Of a stretch of 64,000 nucleotides of DNA, positions 51,642 through 61,462 are shown piece after piece; the first letter of the stretch is position 1, and every line of letters begins with the position of its first letter. The translations under genes and the position numbers were made by a program. The stretch is taken from contig DATFKK010000145.1 of the NCBI GenBank assembly GCA_035268685.1, forward strand, positions 168-64,167, read 5' to 3'. The notes under the pieces were generated by a model that was not told the DNA's origin, searched no databases, and saw only the letters and a list, made by a program, of their open reading frames with translations. The DNA is from Candidatus Krumholzibacteriia bacterium (GTDB lineage Bacteria > Krumholzibacteriota > Krumholzibacteriia > JAJRXK01).

Positions 51642-52202
51642 ATGAAGAGCTTGCGCACGATCTCGCTGCTGGCCGTGGCCGCGACCGTCCTGTTCGCGTC
51701 CGTCGCCCAGGCCGCCCCCACCGTCGCCCTGTACATCGGCGACGAGAACCACGAGGCCGCCACCATCAAGCCGAACACCCCGACCCCGCTGAACATCTAC
51801 GTCGAGGGCATCGACGACACGATCTTCTCGGTCGAGTACAAGGTCGGTCTGCCGTCCGACCTGTTGGTCGTCTCGAACACCTACTACCCCGGAGCCCTCG
51901 ACTTCGGTTCGAGCGCGAACGGGGCCGCCATCGGGATCGGCGAGTGCATCTCGAGCTTCCAGGAGACCATGGGTCACGACCCGCTGTGGGTCCACACGAT
52001 CACCGTGTACTCGCTCGGCTTCCTCGACGCGACCGACATCACCGTGGGTCCGTACGAGGGCTACGCCACCGATCCGGCCACCCCGCGTTACTCGGACTGC
52101 GGTGGCAACATCAAGCCGCTCGACGGCAAGGGCGCGACCATCGCCGTGACCAGCGTCTCCAATGGCGAGGACAGCTGGGGCGCGGTGAAGTCCCTGTACT
52201 AG
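51642..52202 (+). CDS. Secreted hypothetical protein (186 aa)
   Basis: AAGGAG RBS; cleavable signal peptide MKSLRTISLLAVAATVLFASVAQA; no recognisable domain. Confidence 0.65.
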   Translation: MKSLRTISLLAVAATVLFASVAQAAPTVALYIGDENHEAATIKPNTPTPLNIYVEGIDDTIFSVEYKVGLPSDLLVVSNTYYPGALDFGSSANGAAIGIGECISSFQETMGHDPLWVHTITVYSLGFLDATDITVGPYEGYATDPATPRYSDCGGNIKPLDGKGATIAVTSVSNGEDSWGAVKSLY

Positions 52203-52238
52203 GCTCGGATCCGCCACGGGTGGAAACGGGAACGACGA

Positions 52239-52270
52239 GGGTCCGGCCGTCTGGCCGGGCCCTTTCGTCG
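52239..52270 (+). terminator. Rho-independent-like terminator (GGGUCCGGCC-gucu-GGCCGGGCCC followed by UUUCGUCG)
   Basis: 10-bp GC stem with one G-U pair, followed by a U-rich tract. Confidence 0.5.
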
Positions 52271-52473
52271 TGGCGCGAAGGCCCTGCGCGACGATGTCGT
52301 TCCTGCACCCTCCCGGGCCACTCCCCGATCCGCACGGACGACGATCGGTGCGCAACCCGGAGCGGGCGGATCGCGTCTTCTGGTTGTGCACCGCGTCGAT
52401 CGGGGCGACGATGCGTCCGCGGTCCGTGTCGGAGCCGCCCGCGGCCCGCGCGTGGTGACGAGAGGCAGGCAAT

Positions 52474-53133
52474 GTGGACGTCGAAGTCTTCCCCGATGCT
52501 CTTCCCGGAGCCCGGCGCTATCCGGAGATCGCGCGTCGCGCCGCCACCCACGTCGCGCTGACCGAGAGGGTCGGTCGGCTCACGCTGGCGCTCGACGCGC
52601 CCGAATTCGAGGGGTCGGGATACTGGCAGGTCGAATCGGAACGCGACGGATCGGTGCACGCCACGCTCTACGGGTCTCCCTCCGACGTCCTGCGTCTCGA
52701 CACGCGGGTTCTCGGACTCGATCTGGCCCGCCTCGACGTCGAGGCGCTCGTGGCCACGCCGGGCGTGCGGTTCGAACCACTGCTGCTCGATCGGTGGCTC
52801 CACCGCAACCTTCTCCAGCTCGCGGACCTGCTGGAGCAGCGGGTCCGGCCGGCCGAGGTCGCCCGACACCAGGCGGCCGCCCTGCAGGCCTGCTGGGACG
52901 TGTGGACCGACGGCCGTCTCCGCCAGTGGCAGAAGCCCGGGCTGAGTCAGGCCGAGCGGCGACGCGTGTTCTATCGGATCTTCACGCGCCGCAGCCCGCT
53001 GCTGCCCCGGCACTGGCAGGTGTTCCACGAGCTGTGGGAGGGACATCTGCGCGACCACGAAGGACTGGTGGCGGCGGTGGAGCGTCTGCCCACCGCGATC
53101 TCGCTCGGTCCCAGATCGAGCGTGTCGTCGTAG
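52474..53133 (+). CDS. Hypothetical cytoplasmic protein (219 aa)
   Basis: GTG start; high GC3; no signal peptide; no recognisable motifs. Confidence 0.5.
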   Translation: MDVEVFPDALPGARRYPEIARRAATHVALTERVGRLTLALDAPEFEGSGYWQVESERDGSVHATLYGSPSDVLRLDTRVLGLDLARLDVEALVATPGVRFEPLLLDRWLHRNLLQLADLLEQRVRPAEVARHQAAALQACWDVWTDGRLRQWQKPGLSQAERRRVFYRIFTRRSPLLPRHWQVFHELWEGHLRDHEGLVAAVERLPTAISLGPRSSVSS

Positions 53134-53176
53134 GAACCCTCGGGCGCCCGGCGCCCGGCCATCCCCCCTCCGTACC

Positions 53177-54052
53177 GTGACCACGAGACCGCGTACCGCT
53201 CTCGCACTGCTGGTCGTGCTCTGCACGCTCGTGCCGGGTATCGGTCGGGCCGGAGCGTGGCTGCAGCCGGAGGGCGGAGCCTTCGTCAAGACCAGCTGGC
53301 TGTACCTCGACACCGACCGCCGCCACGACTGCCGCGGCGACGAGGAGCCCGCGGCGTCCTTCGACGGGAGCTTTCGCGAGCACCAGGCCTTCGTCTACGG
53401 GGAGTTCGGCCTGCACCGCCGGGTGACGGCGCTGGTGTCGATGGCGGTCAAGGACGCCCGGATCACCGACGCCGTGGTTCCCGAGTTCGGGACGAGGTCG
53501 ACGGGCGATCTGCGCCTGGGCGCGCGTTGGGGCCTCGCCACCGGCTCGATCCCGGTTTCGCTCGAGACGGTCGTCTCGGTTCCGACCTACCCCGAGAGCG
53601 ATCTCAGCGACCCCGTGGGCGAGCGGGAGCAGTTCCTCCCCGCGGGGACCGGCCGGATCGAGATCGAGACGCGGCTCCAGGCCGGGGCGTCGCTGTACCC
53701 CCTGCCTGTCTACGCCAATCTCGCTCTGGGGCGGCGCGACCGCGGTGGGGTGTTCGGGGACCAGTGGACCGTGGCGGCCGAGGTGGGGGCGACCTTCGAT
53801 CGCGTGTTCGTGAAGTCCGACCTGAGCGCGGTCCTGGCCGACGGTGACCTCTGCGCCGGGGAGGCGGCGGTCGGCGCGGTCACGGTGCACGAGCAGAGTC
53901 TGCGCTGGAGTCCCGAGGCTTCGTGGCGTCTCGCGGGCGACGTGTGGGTCGGCGCCGGGGCGTCGTTCCTCGTCTCTGGGCGGAACACGCTCGACGGCAC
54001 GCAGTGGAGCCTGTCGGTGGCCTGGCAGCGTCGGCCGGGCGGCGGGGGCTGA
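53177..54052 (+). CDS. Hypothetical outer-membrane beta-barrel-like protein (291 aa)
   Basis: Signal peptide ALALLVVLCTLVPGIGRAGA; alternating amphipathic strands; aromatic-rich C-terminus (WSLSVAW). Confidence 0.5.
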   Translation: MTTRPRTALALLVVLCTLVPGIGRAGAWLQPEGGAFVKTSWLYLDTDRRHDCRGDEEPAASFDGSFREHQAFVYGEFGLHRRVTALVSMAVKDARITDAVVPEFGTRSTGDLRLGARWGLATGSIPVSLETVVSVPTYPESDLSDPVGEREQFLPAGTGRIEIETRLQAGASLYPLPVYANLALGRRDRGGVFGDQWTVAAEVGATFDRVFVKSDLSAVLADGDLCAGEAAVGAVTVHEQSLRWSPEASWRLAGDVWVGAGASFLVSGRNTLDGTQWSLSVAWQRRPGGGG

Positions 54053-54069
54053 TCGGAGCGGGGCTGCGG

Positions 54070-54099
54070 TTGACACCGGCCGAACCCCGAACGTATCGT
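54070..54099 (+). promoter_or_regulatory. Putative promoter GGTTGACACC-N18-TATCGT for the downstream lipoprotein gene
   Basis: Same extended -35 element as the tyrS and rRNA promoters. Followed by a small hairpin and a GGAGGA RBS. Confidence 0.4.
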
Positions 54100-54198
54100 A
54101 CCGGGGTTTGCGGAGAGGGCCTCCGCACTTCGAGACATCGAACCGGAGTCCCCCTGTCGGGGCTCTCCCGAGAAAACGGAAATCGGAGGAAGTTCTCC

Positions 54199-55062
54199 AT
54201 GATCTCCAGGTCTGCCGACCGGTCCCGGTCCGCGGCGGGGCGCCGCCCCTTCGCACTGCGCACCCTGCTCGCCTGCGTGGCGATGTCCGCCGCGCTGGTC
54301 GCCGGCTGCGGTGAAGAGGAAGAGGTCGATCCCTACGTCTACGGAACGCTCGACCAGGTCACGCGTGGCCACGTGCAGAGCGAGGGATATCTCTTCGAGG
54401 TCGACGCGCCGGAGTTCGTGCTGCTCGACGGCAACACGGGCATCGCGCGCGTGGGCAACCACCTCGAGGTGATCGTCGCCGACGATCTCGAGAACCGTGC
54501 GGCCAACTGGGAGGGCAAGCTGCTCGGCGTGCAGAAGTTCTACTCTCCCTACGTCTGGCTCATGGTCAAGCGCGTGAGGGAGCCGGTGGGCGAGACCTTC
54601 AACGTCACCGAGCTCGATTCCGTGCCCGACCCGGTGCTCCCCGAGTTCACCGACGTGGACCTCGAGGAAGTCAGCGGCTTCGACCTCGGCTCGCTGCGCT
54701 ACAACCAGCGCGAAGCGATCGAGGACATGGTCGACGCCGAGGTGCAGGGTGTGGGCGTCGTGTCCCAGCTGCCCGACCACGAGTGGGAAGCACCCGAGGA
54801 GGCCGCCGACGACACCACGGTCGCCGAGCCGCCCATGGAGTGGTACCTGCAGGCCGAGGGCAGCGATGCCACCTTCAAGATCACCAACGTCACGCCGGAG
54901 CTGGAGCTGGCCTTCGAGCTGCTGCAGGCCGAGAACCTGCCGTTCATCGGTGGTGTGAGGATCATGGAGCCCTACCCCTGGGTCGAGCGTCGTGAGTCGC
55001 GCGTGAGTGCGCCGGTCGAGGTCACCTTCGTCCGCTACGCGAACCGGTACCTCGCTCCCTGA
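54199..55062 (+). CDS. Hypothetical lipoprotein (287 aa)
   Basis: Lipobox LVAGC followed by an acidic EEEE linker; GGAGGA RBS. Confidence 0.65.
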   Translation: MISRSADRSRSAAGRRPFALRTLLACVAMSAALVAGCGEEEEVDPYVYGTLDQVTRGHVQSEGYLFEVDAPEFVLLDGNTGIARVGNHLEVIVADDLENRAANWEGKLLGVQKFYSPYVWLMVKRVREPVGETFNVTELDSVPDPVLPEFTDVDLEEVSGFDLGSLRYNQREAIEDMVDAEVQGVGVVSQLPDHEWEAPEEAADDTTVAEPPMEWYLQAEGSDATFKITNVTPELELAFELLQAENLPFIGGVRIMEPYPWVERRESRVSAPVEVTFVRYANRYLAP

Positions 55063-55088
55063 CACGAGCCGTGGTCCGACGAACGCAC

Positions 55089-55118
55089 GAAGGCCCTCGT
55101 CGCTCGACGGGGGCCTTT
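55089..55118. terminator. Bidirectional hairpin terminator between the lipoprotein gene (+) and pfkA (-)
   Basis: About 12-bp stem (GAAGGCCCUCGUCG / CGACGGGGGCCUU) with U-rich flank. Confidence 0.5.
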
Positions 55119-55173
55119 CTCGTGGGAGGGTCGCGCGGCGCTCAGCAGATCTCGTGGGCGGGCCGTGCGGGAC

Positions 55174-56133
55174 TCAGCAGAGCTTGTCCTGCAGGTCGAG
55201 GTACTCCTGCATGACGAGCTGCACACCGCGCGACTCCTTGACCAGCGGTGTCGTGAAGATCTCGCCGCCGACGAGGCCGACCATGACGTCGCGTTTGCCC
55301 GACAGGAGCTTCTGCACCGCGGCCGTCCCGAGGCGCGAGGCGAGGATGCGGTCGAAGGCGGAGGGCTCGCCCCCGCGCTGGATGTGACCCAGCACCACGA
55401 CGCGCACGTCGCGCGACAGGATCAGTTTGAGCCCGGTCGCGATCTCGTCCGCGCGGGCCGCGCCCTCGGCGATGATGATGATCGCGTGCTTCTTCCCGCG
55501 ATCGTAGCCGCCCTCGATGCGCTGACACATCTCGTTGATGTTGAAGGGCATCTCGGGAACGATGACCTCCTCGGCGCCGCTGCACAGACCGGTGGCGATG
55601 GCCAGCATGCCGCTGTTGCGGCCCATGACCTCGATGCAGAAGATGCGTCCGTGCGAGGTCGCGGTGTCACGGATCTTGTCGACGGCGTCGACGGCGATGT
55701 TCAGAGCGGTGTCGTAGCCGATCGAGTAGTCGGTGCCGTCGATGTCGTTGTCGATCGTGGCCGGAACGCCGACGGTGGGGATGTCCCACTCGGTGTCGAT
55801 GCAGTGGGCGCCGCGGAAGCTCCCGTCGCCGCCGATCACGACGAGTCCCTCGACTCCGAGGTCGAGGAAGCGGTCGCGTGCGGCCTCGCGCGTCGTCGGC
55901 TGCTGGAAGTCGGGGCAACGGAAGGTGCGCAGGATCGTGCCGCCGTGGTGGAGGATCCCACCGACCGAGTTCGCGTCCATGGCTTCGAAGGAGCCCTCGC
56001 AGAGCCCCACGAAGCCGCGCTGCACGCCGACGACCTCGATCCCGTGGTACACGGCGGTACGGACCACGGCGCGCACGGCGGCGTTCATCCCCGCGGCGTC
56101 CCCTCCGCTGGTCATCACGGCGATCTTCTTCAT
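55174..56133 (-). CDS. pfkA: ATP-dependent 6-phosphofructokinase
   Basis: MKKIAVMTSGGDAAGMNAAVRAVV, GGDGS, MGR. ATGA overlap with the upstream rarA stop. Confidence 0.95.
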   Translation of the reverse strand: MKKIAVMTSGGDAAGMNAAVRAVVRTAVYHGIEVVGVQRGFVGLCEGSFEAMDANSVGGILHHGGTILRTFRCPDFQQPTTREAARDRFLDLGVEGLVVIGGDGSFRGAHCIDTEWDIPTVGVPATIDNDIDGTDYSIGYDTALNIAVDAVDKIRDTATSHGRIFCIEVMGRNSGMLAIATGLCSGAEEVIVPEMPFNINEMCQRIEGGYDRGKKHAIIIIAEGAARADEIATGLKLILSRDVRVVVLGHIQRGGEPSAFDRILASRLGTAAVQKLLSGKRDVMVGLVGGEIFTTPLVKESRGVQLVMQEYLDLQDKLC

Positions 56134-57506
56134 GCTTCGTCCTGTTCGGGAGGAGGTGAAGGGCCCTCGGTACCACGTCGGCGGGCGAGACGCCAGGCGC
56201 GACGCAGGCGGTCGGCCACCTCCGCCTCGAAGCCGTGCTCGCCGGGACGGTAGAACACCTCGTCCCGGATCGGATCGGGCAGGCACGGCATGGGCGCCAC
56301 GCCCGCGTCGTCGTCGTGGGCGTAGGCGTATCCCTCGCCGTAGCCCAGTTCGCGCATCAGGCCGGTGGGCGCGTTGCGGAGGTGGTGCGGGACGGGGTGC
56401 CGCTCGCCACTCTCGATCGCTCGACCGACGGCACCGTAGGCGCGGTAGAGAGCGTTGCTCTTCGGCGCCTGCGCCAGGTAGACGCAGGCCTGGGCCAGGG
56501 CGAGCTTTCCCTCGGGCATGCCGATCCGATCGATCGCGACGGCGGCGGCGTTGGCCTGTACCAGGGCCTGGGGGTCGGCCATCCCCACGTCCTCGCTCGC
56601 GAAGCGCACGAGTCGCCGCGCGACGTATCCGGGATGTTCCCCGGCCTCGAGCATCCGCGCGAGCCAGTACAGGCCGGCCTGCGCGTCGCTGTTGCGCAAG
56701 GACTTGTGCAGAGCACTGATCAGATTGAAGTGTTCCTCGCCGGTCTTGTCGTACACGAGATGGGCTTCGCGCAGCACGCGGTCGGCACGCTCGGCGTCGA
56801 TGCGGGCGCCGTCCTCACGCCGGGCGTCCCGAGCGGCGAGTTCCAGGCTGCCCAGGGCGAACCGGGCGTCGCCGCCGCTGCGCCGGGCGATGGCGTGCAG
56901 CGCGTCGTCGTCGGCGCCGAGGCCGTCCAGGGCGGGGTCCTCGGCGAGCGCGCGACGTTGTACCGCGACCAGCGCATCCTCGTCGAGGGCCGACAACACG
57001 ATCACCCGGCAGCGTGACAGGAGCGCCGAGTTCACCTCGAAGCTCGGGTTCTCGGTCGTCGCTCCGATCAGGACCACGTCGCCGTGTTCGACGGCGGGCA
57101 GCAGCGCGTCCTGCTGGGCTCGGTTGAACCGATGGATCTCGTCGAGGAAGAGCACCGGAGCCCGGACGCCGCGCTCGCGGAGGTGCGCCGCCTCGGTCAT
57201 GACGCGCTTGAGTTCCTTCACGCCGACCCGGACGGCACTGTAGGGGAGGAAGGTCGCACCCACCTCCCGTGCGAGGCACGCGGCCAGAGTCGTCTTGCCG
57301 CAGCCGGGAGGGCCCCAGAGGATCAGACTGGGCAGCTGCCCGGTGTCGAGCGCGGCGCGCAGGACCGTACCCGGGCCGAGGGCTTCTTCCTGTCCGATCA
57401 CGTCGTCGAGGCGTCGCGGGCGCATGCGCTCGGGGAGAGGCGCACCGGCGTCCACCGGCGCGGCGGACTCCTCGTCTTCGTTCGATTCTTCGAAGAGATC
57501 GCGCAT
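56130..57506 (-). CDS. rarA: Replication-associated recombination protein A (AAA+ ATPase MgsA/RarA)
   Basis: GQEEALG, Walker A GPPGCGKTT, FLDEIHRFN, sensor 2, MgsA C-terminal domain. GGGAGG RBS before ATG 57504-57506. Confidence 0.9.
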   Translation of the reverse strand: MRDLFEESNEDEESAAPVDAGAPLPERMRPRRLDDVIGQEEALGPGTVLRAALDTGQLPSLILWGPPGCGKTTLAACLAREVGATFLPYSAVRVGVKELKRVMTEAAHLRERGVRAPVLFLDEIHRFNRAQQDALLPAVEHGDVVLIGATTENPSFEVNSALLSRCRVIVLSALDEDALVAVQRRALAEDPALDGLGADDDALHAIARRSGGDARFALGSLELAARDARREDGARIDAERADRVLREAHLVYDKTGEEHFNLISALHKSLRNSDAQAGLYWLARMLEAGEHPGYVARRLVRFASEDVGMADPQALVQANAAAVAIDRIGMPEGKLALAQACVYLAQAPKSNALYRAYGAVGRAIESGERHPVPHHLRNAPTGLMRELGYGEGYAYAHDDDAGVAPMPCLPDPIRDEVFYRPGEHGFEAEVADRLRRAWRLARRRGTEGPSPPPEQDEA

Positions 57507-57776
57507 CCGAAGCCTCCCGGGAGCGTCGCCGTGGCGGCGGCATGATAGCAAGGAGTCGCCGCGTTGACACCGCCGCGTCGGCGGCGATACCGTCCGCTCC
57601 GCTCGATCCGTCCCGATGCAGGTCGCCGCGGGACCGACTCCGACTCCGACTCCGGGAGACATCGTGTCCGATTCCGGCTGCCGCCGCGAGGATCCCGCCT
57701 CGTGGATCGATCACACCCTTCTGCGCGCCGATACCACCGGGACGTGTTCCGGCGCGATCAACGGCGGAGGCGCCGC

Positions 57777-59087
57777 GTGAATCCCTACGACCTGATCGAT
57801 GCGAAGAAGCGGGGTCGCCGGCACTCCCGCGAGGAGATCCAGGGTCTCGTCGCGGCCGTCACCGACGGGTCGATCCCCGATTACCAGGTCTCGGCCTGGC
57901 TCATGGCCGTGTGGTTCCGCGGTCTCGACGACGAGGAGACCACCGAGTTCACTCTCGCCATGCGCGACTCGGGCGACGTCATCGACCTCGATCGCCTTCC
58001 CGGTCCGACGGCCGACAAGCATTCGACGGGCGGCGTGGGGGACAAGATCAGCCTGTTGCTGGCGCCGCTCGCGGCCGAACTGGGTATGCAGGTACCCATG
58101 CTGAGTGGACGCGGCCTGGGCCACACCGGGGGCACGCTCGACAAGCTGACGTCGATTCCGGGGTACCGGATCGACCTGTCGGTGGACGAGATGCTCGACG
58201 TGGTGCAGCGCGTCGGGTGCAGCATCGTGGGGCAGACCGAACGCATCGCGCCCGCCGACCGGCGGCTCTACGCGCTGCGCGACGTGACGGCGACCGTCGA
58301 CTGCGTGCCACTGATCGTCAGCAGCATCCTCAGCAAGAAGTTCGCGGCCGGACCGCGAAACCTGGTGATCGATCTCAAGTGTGGCAGCGGGGCCTTCATG
58401 CGCACGCCCGACGACGCGCGTCGCCTGGCCCGGATGCTGGTGCAAGTGGCCACGCGCGCAGGACGCGAGGCTTCGGCCCTGATCACGGACATGGACCAGC
58501 CCCTGGGCGAGGCGGTCGGTCACGCCCTCGAGGTCGAGGAGGCGATCGCCGGACTGTCGGGAGGAGGACCGTCGGCCACGCGCGAACTCACGGTGGAACT
58601 CACGACGGAGATGGCCGTCCTCGCCGGTCTCGGAACCGCCGACGACATGCGGATGCGCGCGCGTGCGGCCCTCGACGACGGCAGCGCGCTGCGCCGTTTC
58701 GTGACGATGGTCGAGGCCCAGGGTGGGCGGCTCGACCCCGCGGCGCCCTCCCTGGACGTCGCACCGGAGCAGGAGCCGTTGCGGGCCGAGCGCGACGGCG
58801 TCGTCGCGTCCTTCGAGACCGAGCAGGTCGGATGGGCGGTCGTCGACCTCGGAGGCGGTCGGCGCACCCACGCCGACGATCTCGACCGCGGTGTGGGCCT
58901 GCGTGTCGTGACGCATCGTGGCGAGCCGGTCGAACGCGGGACACCCCTGGTGCGGATCTTCGCACGCGACGAGGAAACGGCCGCGCTCGCACGCGCGCGC
59001 CTGGCGCGCGCGATCACCCTGGCCGAGCGAGCCGACGATGGTCTGCCTCTGATCGGCGAACGAGTGACCGCCGCGGATCTGGCCTAG
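57777..59087 (+). CDS. deoA: Thymidine/pyrimidine-nucleoside phosphorylase
   Basis: DKHSTGGVGDK, GRGLGHTGGTLDKL. GTG 57777 with GGCGGAGG RBS chosen inside a longer ORF. Confidence 0.9.
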   Translation: MNPYDLIDAKKRGRRHSREEIQGLVAAVTDGSIPDYQVSAWLMAVWFRGLDDEETTEFTLAMRDSGDVIDLDRLPGPTADKHSTGGVGDKISLLLAPLAAELGMQVPMLSGRGLGHTGGTLDKLTSIPGYRIDLSVDEMLDVVQRVGCSIVGQTERIAPADRRLYALRDVTATVDCVPLIVSSILSKKFAAGPRNLVIDLKCGSGAFMRTPDDARRLARMLVQVATRAGREASALITDMDQPLGEAVGHALEVEEAIAGLSGGGPSATRELTVELTTEMAVLAGLGTADDMRMRARAALDDGSALRRFVTMVEAQGGRLDPAAPSLDVAPEQEPLRAERDGVVASFETEQVGWAVVDLGGGRRTHADDLDRGVGLRVVTHRGEPVERGTPLVRIFARDEETAALARARLARAITLAERADDGLPLIGERVTAADLA

Positions 59088-61264
59088 CCGCCGCCACCCC
59101 CGTTGGTCCCGGTGTCGAACTCGTCGCGCCGGGCCGACTGGGCGTCGATCGCCTCGAAGTCGCCGATCTCCTCGCGGAGGGCGGGGCTCCCACGTTGATG
59201 GATCTCGCACGAGCGGGACGGTGGTGCGGTCTCGGCGAAGATCTCGGCCTCGATGTCCACGCAGGCCGACGTGGGCAGTTGGCCGGAGTCGCGGCAGACC
59301 AGGCGTTCGACGATGCCCTCCGGACGGCGGAACGTCGTCTCGGGCGTGTTCTCCACCGCGTCGACCATGGTCCGGGCCCAGATCGGCAGGGCCATGACCG
59401 CGCCGGTCTTGCGCCGGCCCATCGACATCTGCTGGTCGAAGCCGACCCACACGCCACCGACGACGTCGGGAGTGAATCCGACGAACCAGGCGTCGCTGTA
59501 ACCGTCCGTCGTCCCCGTCTTGCCCGCACCGTCGCGGTGGAAGTCGTAGGCCCGGGCACTGCGGCCCGTGCCCTCCTTCAGTGCGGTGCGCATCAGATCG
59601 ACGACGAGGAAGTTGGTGACCTCGTCGATCGCCTCTTCCTGGTAGGGGAGATTCTGTTCGAGGACCTCGCCGCGCGCATTCTCGATGCGCTCGATGAACA
59701 GGGGCGCAGTGCGGATCCCGTGGTTCGCGAAGGCCGAGTACGCGCTCACGAGGTCGATCAGGGTGGCCTCCCCCGCGCCGAGTGCCAGGGAGTACACGTC
59801 GGGCAGACCGTCGCGGTCGAGACCCACGCGGCCGGCCATCTCGATCACGGGCTGGGTGCCCAGCTCGAGGATGAGACGCACAGCCGGAACGTTGATCGAG
59901 TGGGCAAGGGCGTGGCGAAGTGTGACGGGGCCGTTGAACTCTCCCTCGAAGTTCACGGGGCGCCACAACTCGTCGCTGCCCGTGTTCACCTCGACCGGCG
60001 CGTCGAGGAGGATCGACGCCGGAGTCCATCCGCGTTCGAGCGCGGCCGCGTAGAGGAAGGGTTTGAACACCGAACCGGGCTGACGCTGGGCCTGGGTCGC
60101 GCGATTGAACTTGCTGACGCGGAAGTCACGACCGCCGACCATGGCACGCACCGATCCCGTGCGGACGTCCATGAACAGGAGTCCACCCTGGAGGTACTCG
60201 GGCAAGGGGCGTTCCTCGGGTTCGACGTCGGCGTACAACGAGTCGTAGAGAGCCCGGGTCTGCTCGTACTCCTCCTGCTCCTCCAGCTTCACCAGATGGC
60301 CCTCGAGATGGGCCTCGGCCTTGTGTTGCAGTTCGGCGTCGAGCGTCGTGTGGACGCGTAGCCCGTCCTCGTACAGCTTCTTAACGCCGTAGTGTTCCTC
60401 GAGGTACTGACGAACCTCCTCGACGAAGTAGGGCGCCAAGCGGTCGTCGTCGCGGTCCCGACGGATCTCGACCTCGGTCGATCCGACCTCCGCGGCGGTG
60501 TCGGGATCGAGGTGACCGGCGCGCACCAGATTGCGCAGCACGATGGCCCGCCGCTCGTAGGCCCGATCGAGGTTTCGATACGGCGAATAGTAGCCCGGGT
60601 TGTTCAAGACCCCGGCCAGGAGCGTGGCCTCGGCCGGGGTGACGTCGCGGACGCTCTTGCCGAAGAAACTCAACGACGCTGCCTCGACCCCGTAGGCGGG
60701 ACCGAAGTAGATCGTGTTGAGGTACATCTCGAGGATCTCGTCCTTCGTGTACGTACGTTCGATCTGCAGCGCGAGCAGGATCTCGCGCACCTTCCGCGTC
60801 CACTCCTTGCGGTGGTGCAGGAACAGCGATCGCGCGAGCTGCATCGTGAGTGTCGATCCGCCCTGGGCGGCACGGCGTTCGCGAAGGTTCGTGACCGCCG
60901 CGCGCGCGAAGCCGCGGATCGTGATGCCGTAATGGTCGTAGAAGTCGCGGTCCTCGGTGGCGATCACGGCCTGGACGAGCAGCGGCGGGATCTCGTCGAG
61001 GCGAACCGGCACGCGATTCTGGCGGTAGAACTCGCGCAGGGTGTCGCCGTCCGCCGAGAAGACCAGGGTCTTGATCGCCGGTTCGATCGTCTGCAGTCGC
61101 GCCGGCGACGGCAGGTCGCGGGAGAGCTGATGGACCACGGCGAGCACCCCGCCCCCGCCGAGCAGCACGACCGCGACCAGGCCCCAGAAGGCGAACTTCA
61201 CCGCGAACGGAGACAGGCGGCGGGACAGCAGGCCGCGACGGCGTTTCGCGTCGGGCTCGGTCAT
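59084..61264 (-). CDS. mrcA: Class A penicillin-binding protein (PBP1A; glycosyltransferase plus transpeptidase)
   Basis: N-terminal TM; GT51 motifs EDRDFYDHYG and GGSTLTMQLAR; transpeptidase SVFKP, SINV, KTGTT. Confidence 0.95.
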   Translation of the reverse strand: MTEPDAKRRRGLLSRRLSPFAVKFAFWGLVAVVLLGGGGVLAVVHQLSRDLPSPARLQTIEPAIKTLVFSADGDTLREFYRQNRVPVRLDEIPPLLVQAVIATEDRDFYDHYGITIRGFARAAVTNLRERRAAQGGSTLTMQLARSLFLHHRKEWTRKVREILLALQIERTYTKDEILEMYLNTIYFGPAYGVEAASLSFFGKSVRDVTPAEATLLAGVLNNPGYYSPYRNLDRAYERRAIVLRNLVRAGHLDPDTAAEVGSTEVEIRRDRDDDRLAPYFVEEVRQYLEEHYGVKKLYEDGLRVHTTLDAELQHKAEAHLEGHLVKLEEQEEYEQTRALYDSLYADVEPEERPLPEYLQGGLLFMDVRTGSVRAMVGGRDFRVSKFNRATQAQRQPGSVFKPFLYAAALERGWTPASILLDAPVEVNTGSDELWRPVNFEGEFNGPVTLRHALAHSINVPAVRLILELGTQPVIEMAGRVGLDRDGLPDVYSLALGAGEATLIDLVSAYSAFANHGIRTAPLFIERIENARGEVLEQNLPYQEEAIDEVTNFLVVDLMRTALKEGTGRSARAYDFHRDGAGKTGTTDGYSDAWFVGFTPDVVGGVWVGFDQQMSMGRRKTGAVMALPIWARTMVDAVENTPETTFRRPEGIVERLVCRDSGQLPTSACVDIEAEIFAETAPPSRSCEIHQRGSPALREEIGDFEAIDAQSARRDEFDTGTNGGGGG

Positions 61265-61378
61265 GGTGGCGGCCTCCAGGCGGGTCGCGGTCGCGACGCC
61301 GGTTCGTGGGCGGGCGCGGTGAAGCTATCGGGTGTGGGGACACAGGGCAAGCCCCGCGCCAGTGCGTGTTGACACCGC

Positions 61379-61408
61379 CGTCGACGCCCTCGTAGCGTGC
61401 TCGGTTCC
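61379..61408 (+). promoter_or_regulatory. Putative promoter TGTTGACACC-N18-TAGCGT upstream of tyrS
   Basis: Same hexamer pair as the rRNA promoter candidate at 62948. Confidence 0.4.
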
Positions 61409-61462
61409 ACCGGAGCGGGCGTCTTCCTGCTCCCTGGTATTCCTCCGGCCCGAAGGCGTTCC

